From NCBI RefSeq assembly GCF_000143415.4, contig NW_003314297.1, positions 186,001 to 250,000 on the forward strand: DNA of 64,000 nucleotides, read 5' to 3'. Under the pieces are notes generated by a model, which worked only from the letters and a program-made list of their open reading frames with translations, had not been told where the DNA came from and ran no database searches. Both the position numbers and the translations under genes were made by a program. The stretch comes from Selaginella moellendorffii. Its lineage: Eukaryota; Plantae; Lycopodiophyta. Of this stretch, positions 48,801 to 60,327 are shown piece by piece. The stretch's first letter is position 1; the number at the start of each line of letters is the position of its first letter.

Positions 48801-49999
48801 TTATACTTGGCTTGGCTCTTAGTTCTGTTTTTGCTTTATCTTGCACTAGTTTGAAAAGAACCCTTGCATATTGAGACTAATCTTTCAATATCGGATAGTT
48901 TATTGTGTTTGCCAAACACCTATGTTATTATGCCTTTTATGTTAGTCTCATTTCGGTCCCAAATATTATTTATAGAAAGTGTTTAGATTTGCTCATTTGG
49001 CATATTTATAGAATGTAAAGATTATTCTAAATATAATGGTGTTCATCCCATGTCCAAATTTGCAATCTAAAGACATTCCATATTTAATAAGTTTTGAACT
49101 TGTCCTAGAGATTAACTCCCAATACTAAAGGAGGCTTGGGGTTGGGGGGGGGGGGGGCATGGCAATATAGGGGGTTCCAAATGTATAGTTGAGATAGTGG
49201 ATAGGTTAGGCATAGCTGACCAACTTGAGACATGGTCTAACTCTCGCTTGCGTGCCTGTTTTTGTTCTGCATCTAGCTTAAGTCTAAGCTTAAGTTCCAC
49301 ACCATGCTAGCTAGTGGAGTACCTATATCCTTGTGTTAGGCCACTGGTATACAGAAATAGCGCAAAACTCCATTTAACTCTGTTTTGCGTGTTGGTCCTA
49401 GTATTGGGATGTTAGATGCTTTAAGATTATTCTAAGTTGCTCTGTGCTCCTATCCTTTCGCTCCTTAGGCTATACATTTGGAAGTTAATCCATGCTTTAA
49501 TACTATTGCTCCTTGGCTCCATACTTGAGAGTTTGGCACCATTTTTTCATTCAGTGGCTCAAGGTCTTGAAACTCAGGTTCTACACTATTGTCCTTGGGA
49601 TATATAGCATATAACATGTGGCACATGAAGGATTAAAGTTCTGCTTCATGGTTATTCTATGGTAAATCACCATAAAATAAAGGGTAAAAACCACATACAC
49701 TACAAAAAGCTACATTAATATCTTGGATGCAACTATGGGTTTATTGCTTGAAGTTGGTATTGCAAAACATTTATCTTATTGAAAATTTTCCCAACTTTGC
49801 AAGCTTGTTGTAGGTAGAGTTATGCAAGAGCTTATGGAGTGATGTTTCAGTTTTTGGTTTTGATCCCTATAAAAAGCAAAAATAATGGTTTTCTTCTCTA
49901 ATAGATGAATGGTAAAACTTAACAAACCCATTATCTTGATATAAAATTTTTGCCTTTGATGTTGTTGAGACACAATTTATCTACTTATTTACACAATGA

Positions 50000-50750
50000 A
50001 ATAGCTCAAGGTGAAGATACAAATATGAATAACTATAATGAATATGATTTTTCTTCTATATTCTATGGTAGTCTACTATATGATAACTTTGAAGTGGAAC
50101 TTCACCCTTGGACACACATATTAAAAGCAATGGATGAGACCCAAATTTTAAAATATTGGACCACTGAAGAAAAAGAAGGAACTAAATGCCTAAGTATATA
50201 GCTAAGGAGAAAAGAAACAATATCAAATTCCTAAATATATAATTAATGAGTAAAATAATAGAAGCATATAGTAATATTGAATAGTCTTAAAGTTTTTAGC
50301 ATCCTAATTACAACACTAATAAGTAAAATAAAGCTAAATGGGGGTTTGGCACTATTTTAATATACTAATGGCCTAAAGTGAGCTAGTATAGTATATAGAG
50401 CTTAAAATTATATCTAAGTTGGATGCAAAACAAAAATTGACATATCTAGTAGGGAGTTAAACAATACCTCAAGTTGGTCACTTATTCCTAACCTATCCAT
50501 ATACATTTAAAACCTTCTATAACCCCTCCATAAGAAAGCACATTTTTAGCTTTCACCCCAATCCTAGGAGATAGTCTTTAAGAAAAACTTGAAAACTTAT
50601 TAAATGTAAAATCGTGCCAGATTACAAATTTGGATGCAGAATAATACTATTGTGTTCAAGACAATCTTTATATTCTATAAATATACCTCACTAGTAGATT
50701 TAGGCACTTTCTATAAATAGTTAATCATATTAAAATAGAATTAATCTATA
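50000..50750 (+). mobile_element. Possible highly decayed LINE ORF2 remnant in an AT-rich block
   Basis: Only weak motifs (KIKLNGGLAL ~50326-50355; WMQNNTIVFK ~50632-50661) in a stop-riddled AT-rich region. Confidence 0.25.
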
Positions 50751-51689
50751 AGAGTGTTTAGCAAACATGGTACGTAATAAATATTGAATGAAGGACAGTT
50801 TCCAACACTAACAAATGCAAGTTAACAATAAAAAATTTATATCAATGTATCAAGTATTTTTAACTAAATGACAACTTAGGATTTAGTTTTTTAGTGGGTT
50901 TGAGTAACGCTTTTTCCATCTGTACTTGCATTCTTGTCCCTACCTGCAAAATAGTGACAAATAAATAAAAACATGAACATAAAGATGAGAAGAAGAGAAG
51001 AAAAATGATAATAAAATAAAAAAGAATTTAGCCTTGAACCCCAAAAACGTGAGTAAGGATAAGCATATATCACTCTCTCAACTCTACTTTGCACAAACAA
51101 TTATAAACGGGAGAAAAAATGGTTAATTCAATGCAAATACATACAATAGTGAGTGGGTTGTTTTCCAACATATCTATATATTATATAATTTTATAACCAT
51201 TTCTAATTGCTTTATACTTTTTTATGACGAATGTTGCCTAGGACAATTCTTTTTTCTTTAGATGTCTAATTTTAGGCATAACTCCACTTCATGTAAACTT
51301 TCTTTTTTTGCTTTGCCTAGGTGATATACAAGATAAAACATTTATATTTTTATCAAGGTTTAATAATATTAACTTTTTACTATAGTGGTATGAAAAGACT
51401 CATTAACAAGTAATTTTTTATACTCATAATCACATTTACAGCAATGCTCAAAACTACATAGTGAATTAATGCCCTAAACTAGTGAGGCAAAAATGCATAT
51501 ACCCCCACTAGAATATCATTTCAATCTTGAATGAATTTTGTAACAGGTGATTATGAGTGGATTAAGTCACCCTTTGTGCACTAATAACCCATAATTTACA
51601 GCTGCATAAATTCATAATTAAAAAGTGAGGAAAAAAATTCAAAATTCAAAAGGATAAACTGTAATTTGAAGAAATAAAAAAACCCTTTT

Positions 51690-54180
51690 AAAATACTCTT
51701 TAATCAATTTAGATCTTGAATCTAAGAAGAAAATAAAGGGCAAACAAAACAAAATTACAGGAAGAACTAAAGAAACAAGGAAAAAAATGGCCAAGGAAGA
51801 TACGTAATCTAGATCATAGTTCCAAAGATGATTCTCAAAGTTTCAAAGTCATAGCTAAAGATTAAAAAAATAAAAAAGAATAAAGGTATAAGTTTGAAAA
51901 AATTGTAAAAGACCTAGTAAGAAACTCTTTAATCAAACTAAATCTTGAATCAAAAAAGAAAATAAAAGGTAAGCTGAGAAAAATAAAGAAAAATCTTTAA
52001 AACAATAATAAAAGGAAAAAAGAGATAAATAAAAAACTTAAATCTATATCATAACTCCAAAGGTAATTTAGATACTTTACTTATGAGTATATTGTATTTA
52101 AGTAGATATTAATCAATGGGAATCTAACTCATGCTATTTCTTTTGATACCACATATAACACATTTTATCTTTCCTCTTAAGCTAACTAAAAATGGAATAA
52201 TTGTTTAATGAAATAGTTATTAATGGCTATTTTATCCTCATTTATCCCTAAAGGTTCTAAGGATCTTATAAATAACTAAAGAGAATAAATTAAAAAATAA
52301 TCTGTAAAGTTTTAAATATATAGGGAAAAGGTTTATGAACAAATAACATCTTTTGAAATTGGTTAAAGGTTTTAGGATATTTAGGTTTGAATAGTATTGT
52401 GCTATATAACCTCTTGGAAAGTTCAAATTTAAAAATTTACATATCTATAATGATAATATATTCAAATCTCATCCTATAATCACATATGCTATAAAAAGAA
52501 ATTGAACTTCAAGTTAAACCATGATCCCAAAGGGAAAGAACTATTGGATGGATGGGCAATTGTGTAAACACTAAATGCGGAAAAAAATGTGAAGATAAAG
52601 GTAAATAGAAGTGGTAAAATTTTGGAAAAACATGAGTTTCTGAATGATTGAAATTAATACCACATCAAAAGCTATACTTTATATTTGACTTCCTCCTAAT
52701 CAGTTCTACTTAGTCAGACCAAATGGGAGATGGTATCACAATTAGGTATAAGAAAGAACGATTTTGGAGAAATTTTGAATAAAATACTAAAATATAAAAT
52801 TTTAAATTTGGACTTCTCGAGATGTTACGCATCTTAGTATATTATTTAAACCCTAAGAACATTTAACCTTAAGTACTCCAAGATATTTAACCAATTAGAA
52901 AATGGAGTGCACTTTTATTTATAAAACATTTCCCTTTATATTTAAACTCTATTGAATTGTTTCTTAAATCATTCTCTTTAGTTGTTTAAATCCTCCTCAT
53001 AAATGGAATTTAGGAGCCATAACTCTTATAAGAGCCCCATTCTCTTGATATCCTATCCTTTGGGTTAAACCTAATTAGCAAAATATACTTGCTAAATGTT
53101 AATTTTAACATGTGGCCTAGCCAACCAATAGAGTCGAACTTGAGTCAATCTCAACATATAATTTACTTTAGCCTAGTATTATTCAAACCTTTAATTTCAT
53201 TGATCCCAAAATCTTTAATTGATTAGAAATTTTTTATTTATGGACCCTTTCTTTTTATATTTACCAAATATCAATTTCAATAAATAGCATAATTCCCCTA
53301 TCCAACCAATAGAGTCGGACCTAAAACCTACTTTGATACTAAATATAAGCTACTATGTTTTGACTTTCTAAAATGTTACCCACTATTCAAACCCAAAAAT
53401 TATTAACCTTAAGTATCCCAAAACCTTCAATTAATTAGAAAAGGATGTGCATTTTTATTAATAGACAATTCCCTGAACCCTATTGGATCATTTATCAAGT
53501 TAAATTATTCTCTTTGGTTACTTAGAATAAAATCCCAAGAAATATTGGATATTATGAATAAAAGTTGGGTATCACCAGTTAAAAATGGTAGAAACCTTGG
53601 TATGAGGAAATAATATAACCTAAAAACTTTATCAAATCTTGATTAAAATAACATTTTGCCAAGTTTGTAAAAAGACTATATTATAGGCTAAAAATGGGTA
53701 GTAATATACAAAGGCTTTGAGATTCATAAAGAAGGAATAACGCCAAAGATGAGGAAAAGGAGATGACTTGTTTAGTTAAATATACCTTAATTCAATTAAA
53801 AATTCTTGTTTTCCAAAAGCACATATGCTATATTTTACTCTAAGAGGAAGATGGTGTCATAAATACATTAGAGGAAGAGTAATTTTGGAGAAATCTAAAA
53901 TAAAGCACTAATATAAATTTAAAATCCAAGAAAGTATTGCACATCACAAACAAAAATTAGGTATTGCCACTTCAGAATGGTGAAAACCTTAGTAAAATCC
54001 ATGATGATGCGGCATGAAGAAAAACATTATAACCCAAAAATTTTATCAAAATAACACTACCATATTATAAACTAAAAATGGATTGAAGATTTGTGAGAAG
54101 GAATAGAGCTAAGAGGAGATGACTCATCCAATTAAACATACCTTGGAAGTTCTTGTTTTCTGCAACCACAAGTGTTACAT
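51690..54180. repeat. Decayed tandem/sub-repeat array
   Basis: Unit pairs: 51690-51830 vs 51920-52070; 52843-52933 vs 53384-53472; ccaaccaatagagtcg at 53122 and 53302; 52730-52805 vs 53845-53925; 53560-53820 vs 53955-54170. Confidence 0.65.
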
Positions 54181-54574
54181 TTATTTTTCTGTCTTTTAAA
54201 GCAATAAGGATATTGACTTTTTAAAGTTTCAAAATTAGCAGCTATGGATATAAGAGCACTATTATATTAAATGATTTTTTATTATAAAGTGAAATTATAA
54301 AAATCATGAAAGTTTAGGAGGTTTATTAGATATTTCTTGATGTGTATAATTCTCACTCTTGTAAATAATATTTTTAAAATGTTTATACACATTTATTATC
54401 ATTAAATTTCAATCAAAACATAAAAAAGAAAACTTATAATGTAATATGTTTAATTTACTATCTATGATAAAAAAAATTATTTCTACACATTGCATGTAGC
54501 AATGCTTGGTTTTCTTAATAGTAGTTTTATTTTTACTTATTAATTCATTTGATCAAATAAAATTTATAATAATA

Positions 54575-54760
54575 TGTATGTTTGTAATTTATAAACACAA
54601 GATTAATCTTATTTCATATCAACCATTAGATGATAGAATCAAAAAGAATATACTAGAAAGGGTTTAAGAAAGTTTATAAATTATAAATACAAGATTAATT
54701 TAAATCTGTTAGATGGTAGAATATCCTAGAATATTTAAATATATTCTAAGTATATCCACT
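54575..54760 (-). repeat. Dispersed AT-rich repeat, inverted copy
   Basis: Reverse complement aligns with 42110-42260 and 47950-48050. Confidence 0.7.
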
Positions 54761-55275
54761 ATAGGTTTGCTTAAGCAGTAAATCATCAATATTTGAAATA
54801 ATGTAATTGAACATATTCATGTGCTCCCTCCATGGTACTTTTGGTTGCAGTGGTTATGAAATCAGAGCACTTGTGCTACTTTCTATGATTGGAGAGAAAG
54901 CCTGACAAAATAAATTTAAACAGAAATTTATTGTTATAAATGCAAATTCACCAAAAATATTCAGACTCTTATCAACTTATCTTATCTTTTCAAGCATTCA
55001 CAAAAAAATAGATATGCTCATTAAAATTAATACACAAGTTTTTTATTTTAGCTATCATTGGATTTATCTTGAGCCATTGTAGCTGGATCATTGTTTTGCA
55101 ATGTGATGGCATGGACATTATTAATTACATCCAACTGTGAAAAAATCCCAAAGGTCAGTGGAACTTAGTGGTCAAGCTTTTGGGCTTTGACCCAATGGTA
55201 GTGTTGGCCGGATTTAACAGCTCAGATTGTAACCTCTATTAAAAATTATGACTGACAGTTGGATGCTGTGTAAGA

Positions 55276-57183
55276 TTGATTGTGTTTTATTTGGCGTCTG
55301 CCGAGGGGCTAGTTATCCAAGCTGCTGTCTGTTCACCACCACTTCCCACTGAGGAACTAAGTGAGATTCGGGAGGAAATGAAGATTGCAGGCGAGGAGGA
55401 TTTAAGTGAGGTGGCCATAGAGAGAGATACAGAACTGGTGGGTTTCTTCAGGCTCATGCTTTCCTACAGACGAAAGTGGAAACGGGAGGCTTTGGAAGGT
55501 GAGCTGCATGCCCGCGTGAAATTGCTGGAACTGTTGAATCCCGCTCTTGGGAGTTAATGATATAATTTCCTCTTGGTTTGAGCGCGCTCTATTTCAAGGA
55601 AGCGACTATGCTCTTGGGAGAGAGACTTCGGACCTAGTAAGGTGGAACAGCTGTGAGTTGGATATTGCAGGTCCTCTCAAAGGTTTCTGGGGTCGATTTG
55701 TAACGGACCCCACGGAGACGAATATCCTTCAGGCTATCGAAAACCTCAGGCTGGAGGTGTGCATGGTTGACGAGGAGCAGGACTGGGATACAGTTAAGGA
55801 ACAATGCGAGGCTTTCATGCACCTGGTGGCGGAGGCTATGAAGGTTGTTTGGGCATGCAGAAGCAAGTGACTTACTCCATTGCGGAAATGGCCCGCGCAA
55901 CCAATCGACAGTTCCCTGATGGCCACATCTTTGTGAATGATTCTCCAAGAATGCCTGCAGAAGGCAAGTCAAATAAGAGCGTGGGTCGCAAGCTACAGGG
56001 AGAGCTGGTGCGCCTGGCAAATCAGTATTTCCAGCAGAGATACGAATCTTGGCCGTTGCTGAAGCACTACCCAGTTGACGCGTGGGGAGAGGGCATGAAA
56101 AGCATTGTGTGGCACTGCGCCAACGAGGCGTACCAGCGAGGGCTGAGGAGCAAAGCATGCGTCTGTGGCGTGAAGGGCAGCAAGTCAAAGTGAGAGCTAC
56201 TGGCGGATACAGGATTGGTAGCGAACGTTTGGAGATGTCGGTCCACGCGAATGCAGCAGCGGCAGTGGAGGCGGTGATGGTAAACCGGGTCGCTCGTGCG
56301 TCGGCTATGTCAACTGTAGTCTCGGTGACGATGAATGGCGAGCAGTGGTGGTTGTCCGCTTGTTCAACCGCCGGCTGGTTGTCCTTGATCAGGCACTGTC
56401 GCGGGAAGATAGCACCCTTGGGGATGTCAAACACCGAGTACCTCAAGTCCGGTAAAGGTAAAGCCCCTGACAGTGCTCCTGAAATCCGGATCTGGATTGT
56501 AACCCAGTAGGAGAAGCTGGGGCCAAACAGGGACGACAGGCAAGTGGAAATGGTGCTCATGTCATCCAAGTGGACGTGGGAGTTTTGGTTCCAGGTTGAG
56601 CGTGACATGTTCTGTCACTCCCTGCTGCAAGACGAGGAACTGGCAGCCTTTCCTGGAGGTAATTGGGAGACCGGCCATGCTCATTCGAGATGCGGGTGTC
56701 GCGCTAGCGGAAAGGCCTCTTGTCTCTGGAGAAGAGGTCCGCCAAATGAGCAAGCAGCTCTACACGACGCTCGTCCAGGTCTACAACGTGCACGGCATTT
56801 GCCACAACGATATCACCCCCGGGAACATATGCTGCAAAGGTGGTGTGTACCGCCTCATCGACTGGGGGCTGCCCTGCGGCTCGGGGCTGGATCCCCTCAT
56901 GGAAGCTGTAGCAAAGGCTCTCGTCACAGTCTCGCTTCCGCCGATAAAAGATTGGAGCCTGTCGCCAGACTGCGCTGTTCTTTCTGGAGCCTCGGTACTT
57001 GAAAGACTGCGTACAGGGACTACTGTACTGCTGCTTGATGCTGCTGAATGGTGTTGCTGCCTCCGGAACCGGTACCATGTTCTTTGTGCCTGGGATGAAG
57101 CTATTCGCAAGATGGCCAAAGATGAGAGTTTCATGGGGCAGCACTGGATCTTCAAGCATGAGCTCAAAAAGAGACTTCATTAG
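55276..57183 (+). pseudogene. Disrupted gene ending in an atypical protein-kinase-like domain
   Basis: Overlapping ORFs in changing frames, an in-frame TAG at 56508-56510 and a frameshift near 56650. The last ORF has HGICHNDITPGNICC and YRLIDWG (catalytic loop and Mg-binding motif). Confidence 0.6.
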
Positions 57184-57414
57184 TTTATTATATTGCTATT
57201 TTATTTTATTTTAGTGAAGAAAATCAAAATGCATTGATTTTGACGGCATTTGTACTTTTTAAGAGGTGTCATAGAATCGCTAAATTTTTCAAAAGAAATG
57301 TTCTGATAATAAAAAAGGGGTATCAAGTTTGGGTGAAGGGCTAACCAAGTGGGTTATTTTGGCATGAGATAGAGAGAGAGAAAGAGAGAATGTTACTCTT
57401 AACGTTTTAATAAA

Positions 57415-57606
57415 TCAATCTCCTGCTGCTAGCACCTTGTTTTTATTTGGCTCTATCAGACTGCCTTTACTTAAATCGGTCTTGATCGTTTCTTCATGAC
57501 TTGTTAAACATTCTCCACAGTGATAAGAACTTATAAAGAAGATGGGTTCTCCCTCTTGGTCGCAGTTGAGCCACAAGAAACTATCTTGTTTGAGATGCTT
57601 GCAAAC
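57415..57606 (-). pseudogene. TOP3B: Second, more diverged TOP3B fragment
   Basis: VCKHLKQDSFLWLNCDQEGEPIFF..SLIEPNKNKVLA corresponds to 19611-19925. It keeps the intron start gttcttat-actg, so it is DNA-derived. Confidence 0.75.
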
Positions 57607-57875
57607 CAAGGACAAATATCAAATTTTATTGTAAAGTGCCGATATTACCTTTATTACCTTTCGTTTTGAAAATCACAGAAAAAGTTTTTCCTCTCAAAGG
57701 AATTTTTTTTTCTCTTGACCAAAGGAAAAGCTCCTGTCACATTGGACTGGATCTCCGTCCACGTGGACGGCTCGATGGCAGAAAGCCGCTAGCGAGGGTT
57801 TTAGCCAAACCCCTAGGGTTAGGGCAACAGTTGGGCAGAGAGAAAGGAGGGCGCTGCGGTTCTTGGTGCTTGGCT

Positions 57876-58469
57876 ATGGCGTCCACCTCTTCCTCCTCCT
57901 CCTCCCCCGCATTCCCGGAGAGAAAGGGCTTCAAAGCCGACGCCGATGGGCAGCTCTACTACAGCCCCTACAGTGAGCTCTTTGGTGCCATGGATCAACA
58001 CCTGTACAAGCTCCCCACCACCCCGGAGTTCCTCTTTTCGGAGGAGGCGACGTTCCAGCGGCGATCCCTGGGCGAGAACATCCAGTATTACACGGGCTGT
58101 GGCTACCTGGGCGGCGCGGTGGCGGGCGGCGCCAAGGGCCTGGTGGACGGCGTCCGGCAGATCGAGAGCGGCGACACCGCCAAGCTACGCGTCAATCGGC
58201 TGCTCAACTCGTCGGGCCACACGGGGAGGATGATGGGCAACAAGATTGGGATCGTGGGACTAATGTACGCGGGAATGGAGAGCGGCGCCTGGTACCTCCG
58301 CAAGAGCGATGATCTCCTCAATTCCGTGGCGGCGGGGCTCGCCACTGGCGCCTTCTACAAGGCCGCCGCCGGGCCTAGGACCGCCGCCATCGCTGGCGCT
58401 CTGGGAGCCATGGCGGCGGGGGGGATGGTCGTGGGAAAGCAAGCGGCAAAGAGATATCTTCCACTCTAG
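57876..58469 (+). CDS. TIM23: Mitochondrial inner membrane translocase subunit TIM23
   Basis: YKLPTTPEFLFSEEA..RRSLGENIQYYTGCGYLGG, KLRVNRLLNSSGHTGR, GIVGLMYAGMESG and KRYLPL*. In-frame ATG at 57876; intronless. Confidence 0.95.
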   Translation: MASTSSSSSSPAFPERKGFKADADGQLYYSPYSELFGAMDQHLYKLPTTPEFLFSEEATFQRRSLGENIQYYTGCGYLGGAVAGGAKGLVDGVRQIESGDTAKLRVNRLLNSSGHTGRMMGNKIGIVGLMYAGMESGAWYLRKSDDLLNSVAAGLATGAFYKAAAGPRTAAIAGALGAMAAGGMVVGKQAAKRYLPL

Positions 58470-58827
58470 AGCAGCGCTTGAAGAACAAGACTATCTATCA
58501 CTCGGTAAGTGTCTTTCTTCCAAGCTGGGAGTTTTGATCTCTGTGGCCTCTTTTCTTTCTTTCTCGCAGTTCTTGCGATCATTATATGGGCGGGGCGGGA
58601 TCAGTCGATCGATCGATCAAAAGTTACTACAGCTAGAAGAGGGATTGAGAGGGCTTTTTTGTCAGGAATTTGTCGAAATTTAGTAGAATGCTTGAGATTC
58701 TCGAGTCCGCGGTGGCTGTGATGACCAAATTTTCCCGAAGATGAGGCTTGATCGCCTCTGAAATGGAAAGAATCATGAGTCTGAGCCACAATCTCCACAA
58801 AAATCTAAAACCAAACCCCTAAACCCC

Positions 58828-58875
58828 AAATCTTGAGTGCTAGAACCCTAAATCTTTGAGTGCTAGAACCCTAAA
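58828..58875 (+). repeat. Tandem duplication of a ~23-nt telo-box-like unit upstream of the microprotein gene
   Basis: aaatcttgagtgctagaaccct followed by aaatctttgagtgctagaaccctaaa; preceded by aaacccctaaacccc. Confidence 0.7.
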
Positions 58876-58899
58876 AGAAAGTACCTTCTTTTTCTCGCA

Positions 58900-59307
58900 A
58901 TGGCGACTGCGAGGTGAGCAAATCTAGAACGCATCCTTGGCCGAGAGTGACTTTGTGAGCGCGCAGCAGCACTAGCAGCATCCGGCAGCAGCAAGGGCGG
59001 CAGCCGGAATTCAAGTACATCGTTCCACTGATCTACGCTCCAATCCTGCCGCTCAGTAAGCGATTTCTTTCTCGCCAGGGATTTATCATCACTTTTCGCA
59101 GTAAGGCTCGCGTTCCGGAAGAATCCCGAGGTGCGAGATCGAGTGTTTGCGGTAGCGCTCGGGATGGCGTTCGTGCACGGAGGCTATGTGATGTGAGTGA
59201 GCGGTGTTCTTCCCTTCTTTTCCACCATAGAACATAGCAAAAGAGCACTTTTTTTTGGCAGATCGGAGCTCTATCAGAAGGAAAGTAGCAGGCAGCCCAA
59301 ATTGTGA
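58900..59307 (+). CDS. 79-aa four-exon small hydrophobic protein (absent from the ORF track)
   Basis: Exons 58900-58913, 58967-59055, 59102-59192 and 59262-59307 (all GT-AG, total 240 nt) give MATASSTSSIRQQQGRQPEFKYIVPLIYAPILPLIRLAFRKNPEVRDRVFAVALGMAFVHGGYVISELYQKESSRQPKL*. Confidence 0.8.
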
Positions 59308-59341
59308 GGCTGGATCGCGAGAAAAAAAAGAAGAAGATCTC

Positions 59342-60064
59342 CTACTTGATGATTCTTGTGGGAGGATACTCAGCTGGTTTCATCATCTCGAGAGTAGAAC
59401 AGATGACCGATGCCGCGAGAGCAGTCTTGATAATTCCAATCTTTTTGGATCCCACCGCTGCTCCTGTCAATGCTCCAGCGAGTGTACCATTTATCTGGGA
59501 AAAGGAAGAAAAAGACGATTTTTTCATAAGATCCATGGTTTTGGGAAGAACTACAACTACGTACCCAATCTCTCTTCGTTCTCAGGACCTCAAAGCCACA
59601 GTTGAGACTCACGTAGAGTCCTCCGCAAAGTCCTGGAAGAACACAGAGAAAAGTTCTTCCAAATCACTCGAGAAGAAATGGTGAGATGGACTTGCTCACC
59701 CCATTTCACGCTGTTGTTGGCGATAGCTTTGGCCTGCGATCGAGCAAAGAAGAAGTCATGGAAGAACAATGTAGGATGGAATTTTTTTTAAGTACCACAT
59801 AGGACGCGTTCGCCAATCCGGACAGTCCTGCCAAACGAAGAGAAGGATGATCGATGGAGATGGAGAGATTCCTGCCAATACCTTTCTTGCCAGCGTCGTA
59901 TGATCCCACGAACAATCCCCACGAGAAGCCGGCCTGGAGAAGCAAGCGCGATTACCATGAGAGGAGGAGGAGGGGCAAGGCGAGAAGGAGGAGATTACCA
60001 TTCCCATCCGGAGGAACGCGTCCACGGTGCGCGACGAGCATGGAGGCTGATCAATAGCGGTCAT
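59342..60064 (-). CDS. OEP16-4: Outer envelope pore protein 16-4-like (Tim17/Tim22/Tim23 PRAT family)
   Basis: Spliced MTAIDQPPCSSRTVDAFLRMGM/AGFSWGLFVGSYDAGKKG/LSGLANASYV/AKAIANNSVKW/..SLNCGFEVLRTKRDW/INGTLAGALTGAAVG, collinear with OEP16-4. Confidence 0.82.
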
Positions 60065-60327
60065 GAAATCTCTTCTCTTCTAGGTTCTTTAGGGTTTGCT
60101 TTGCTCGATATTTCGTCCAGGGAGCGCCGTGATGCCGCATTGCTCCTGAATCTTCCTGGGGATTGATCGCGTCGCGGGGATTCGCTCGCGGTATTTCCAG
60201 CTCGATTGGATGATCCAGGAGAGTTTGGGACGAGGTTAAGGTGGGATTCTATGCTCCTGGAGCATTTGCTCACGGAGTTTTGTGTTCCAGCTGCTGAAAA
60301 TTTGTTGGACTAGCAGCATGGACAACG

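Noticed and set aside
51690-54180. Spaced repeats as a possible CRISPR-like array
   Set aside because: Units are long, diverged and irregular, with no constant repeat-spacer period or cas genes in a eukaryotic context.
55634-56608. 324-aa minus-strand ORF
   Set aside because: No recognisable motif; the plus strand carries the kinase-like signal.
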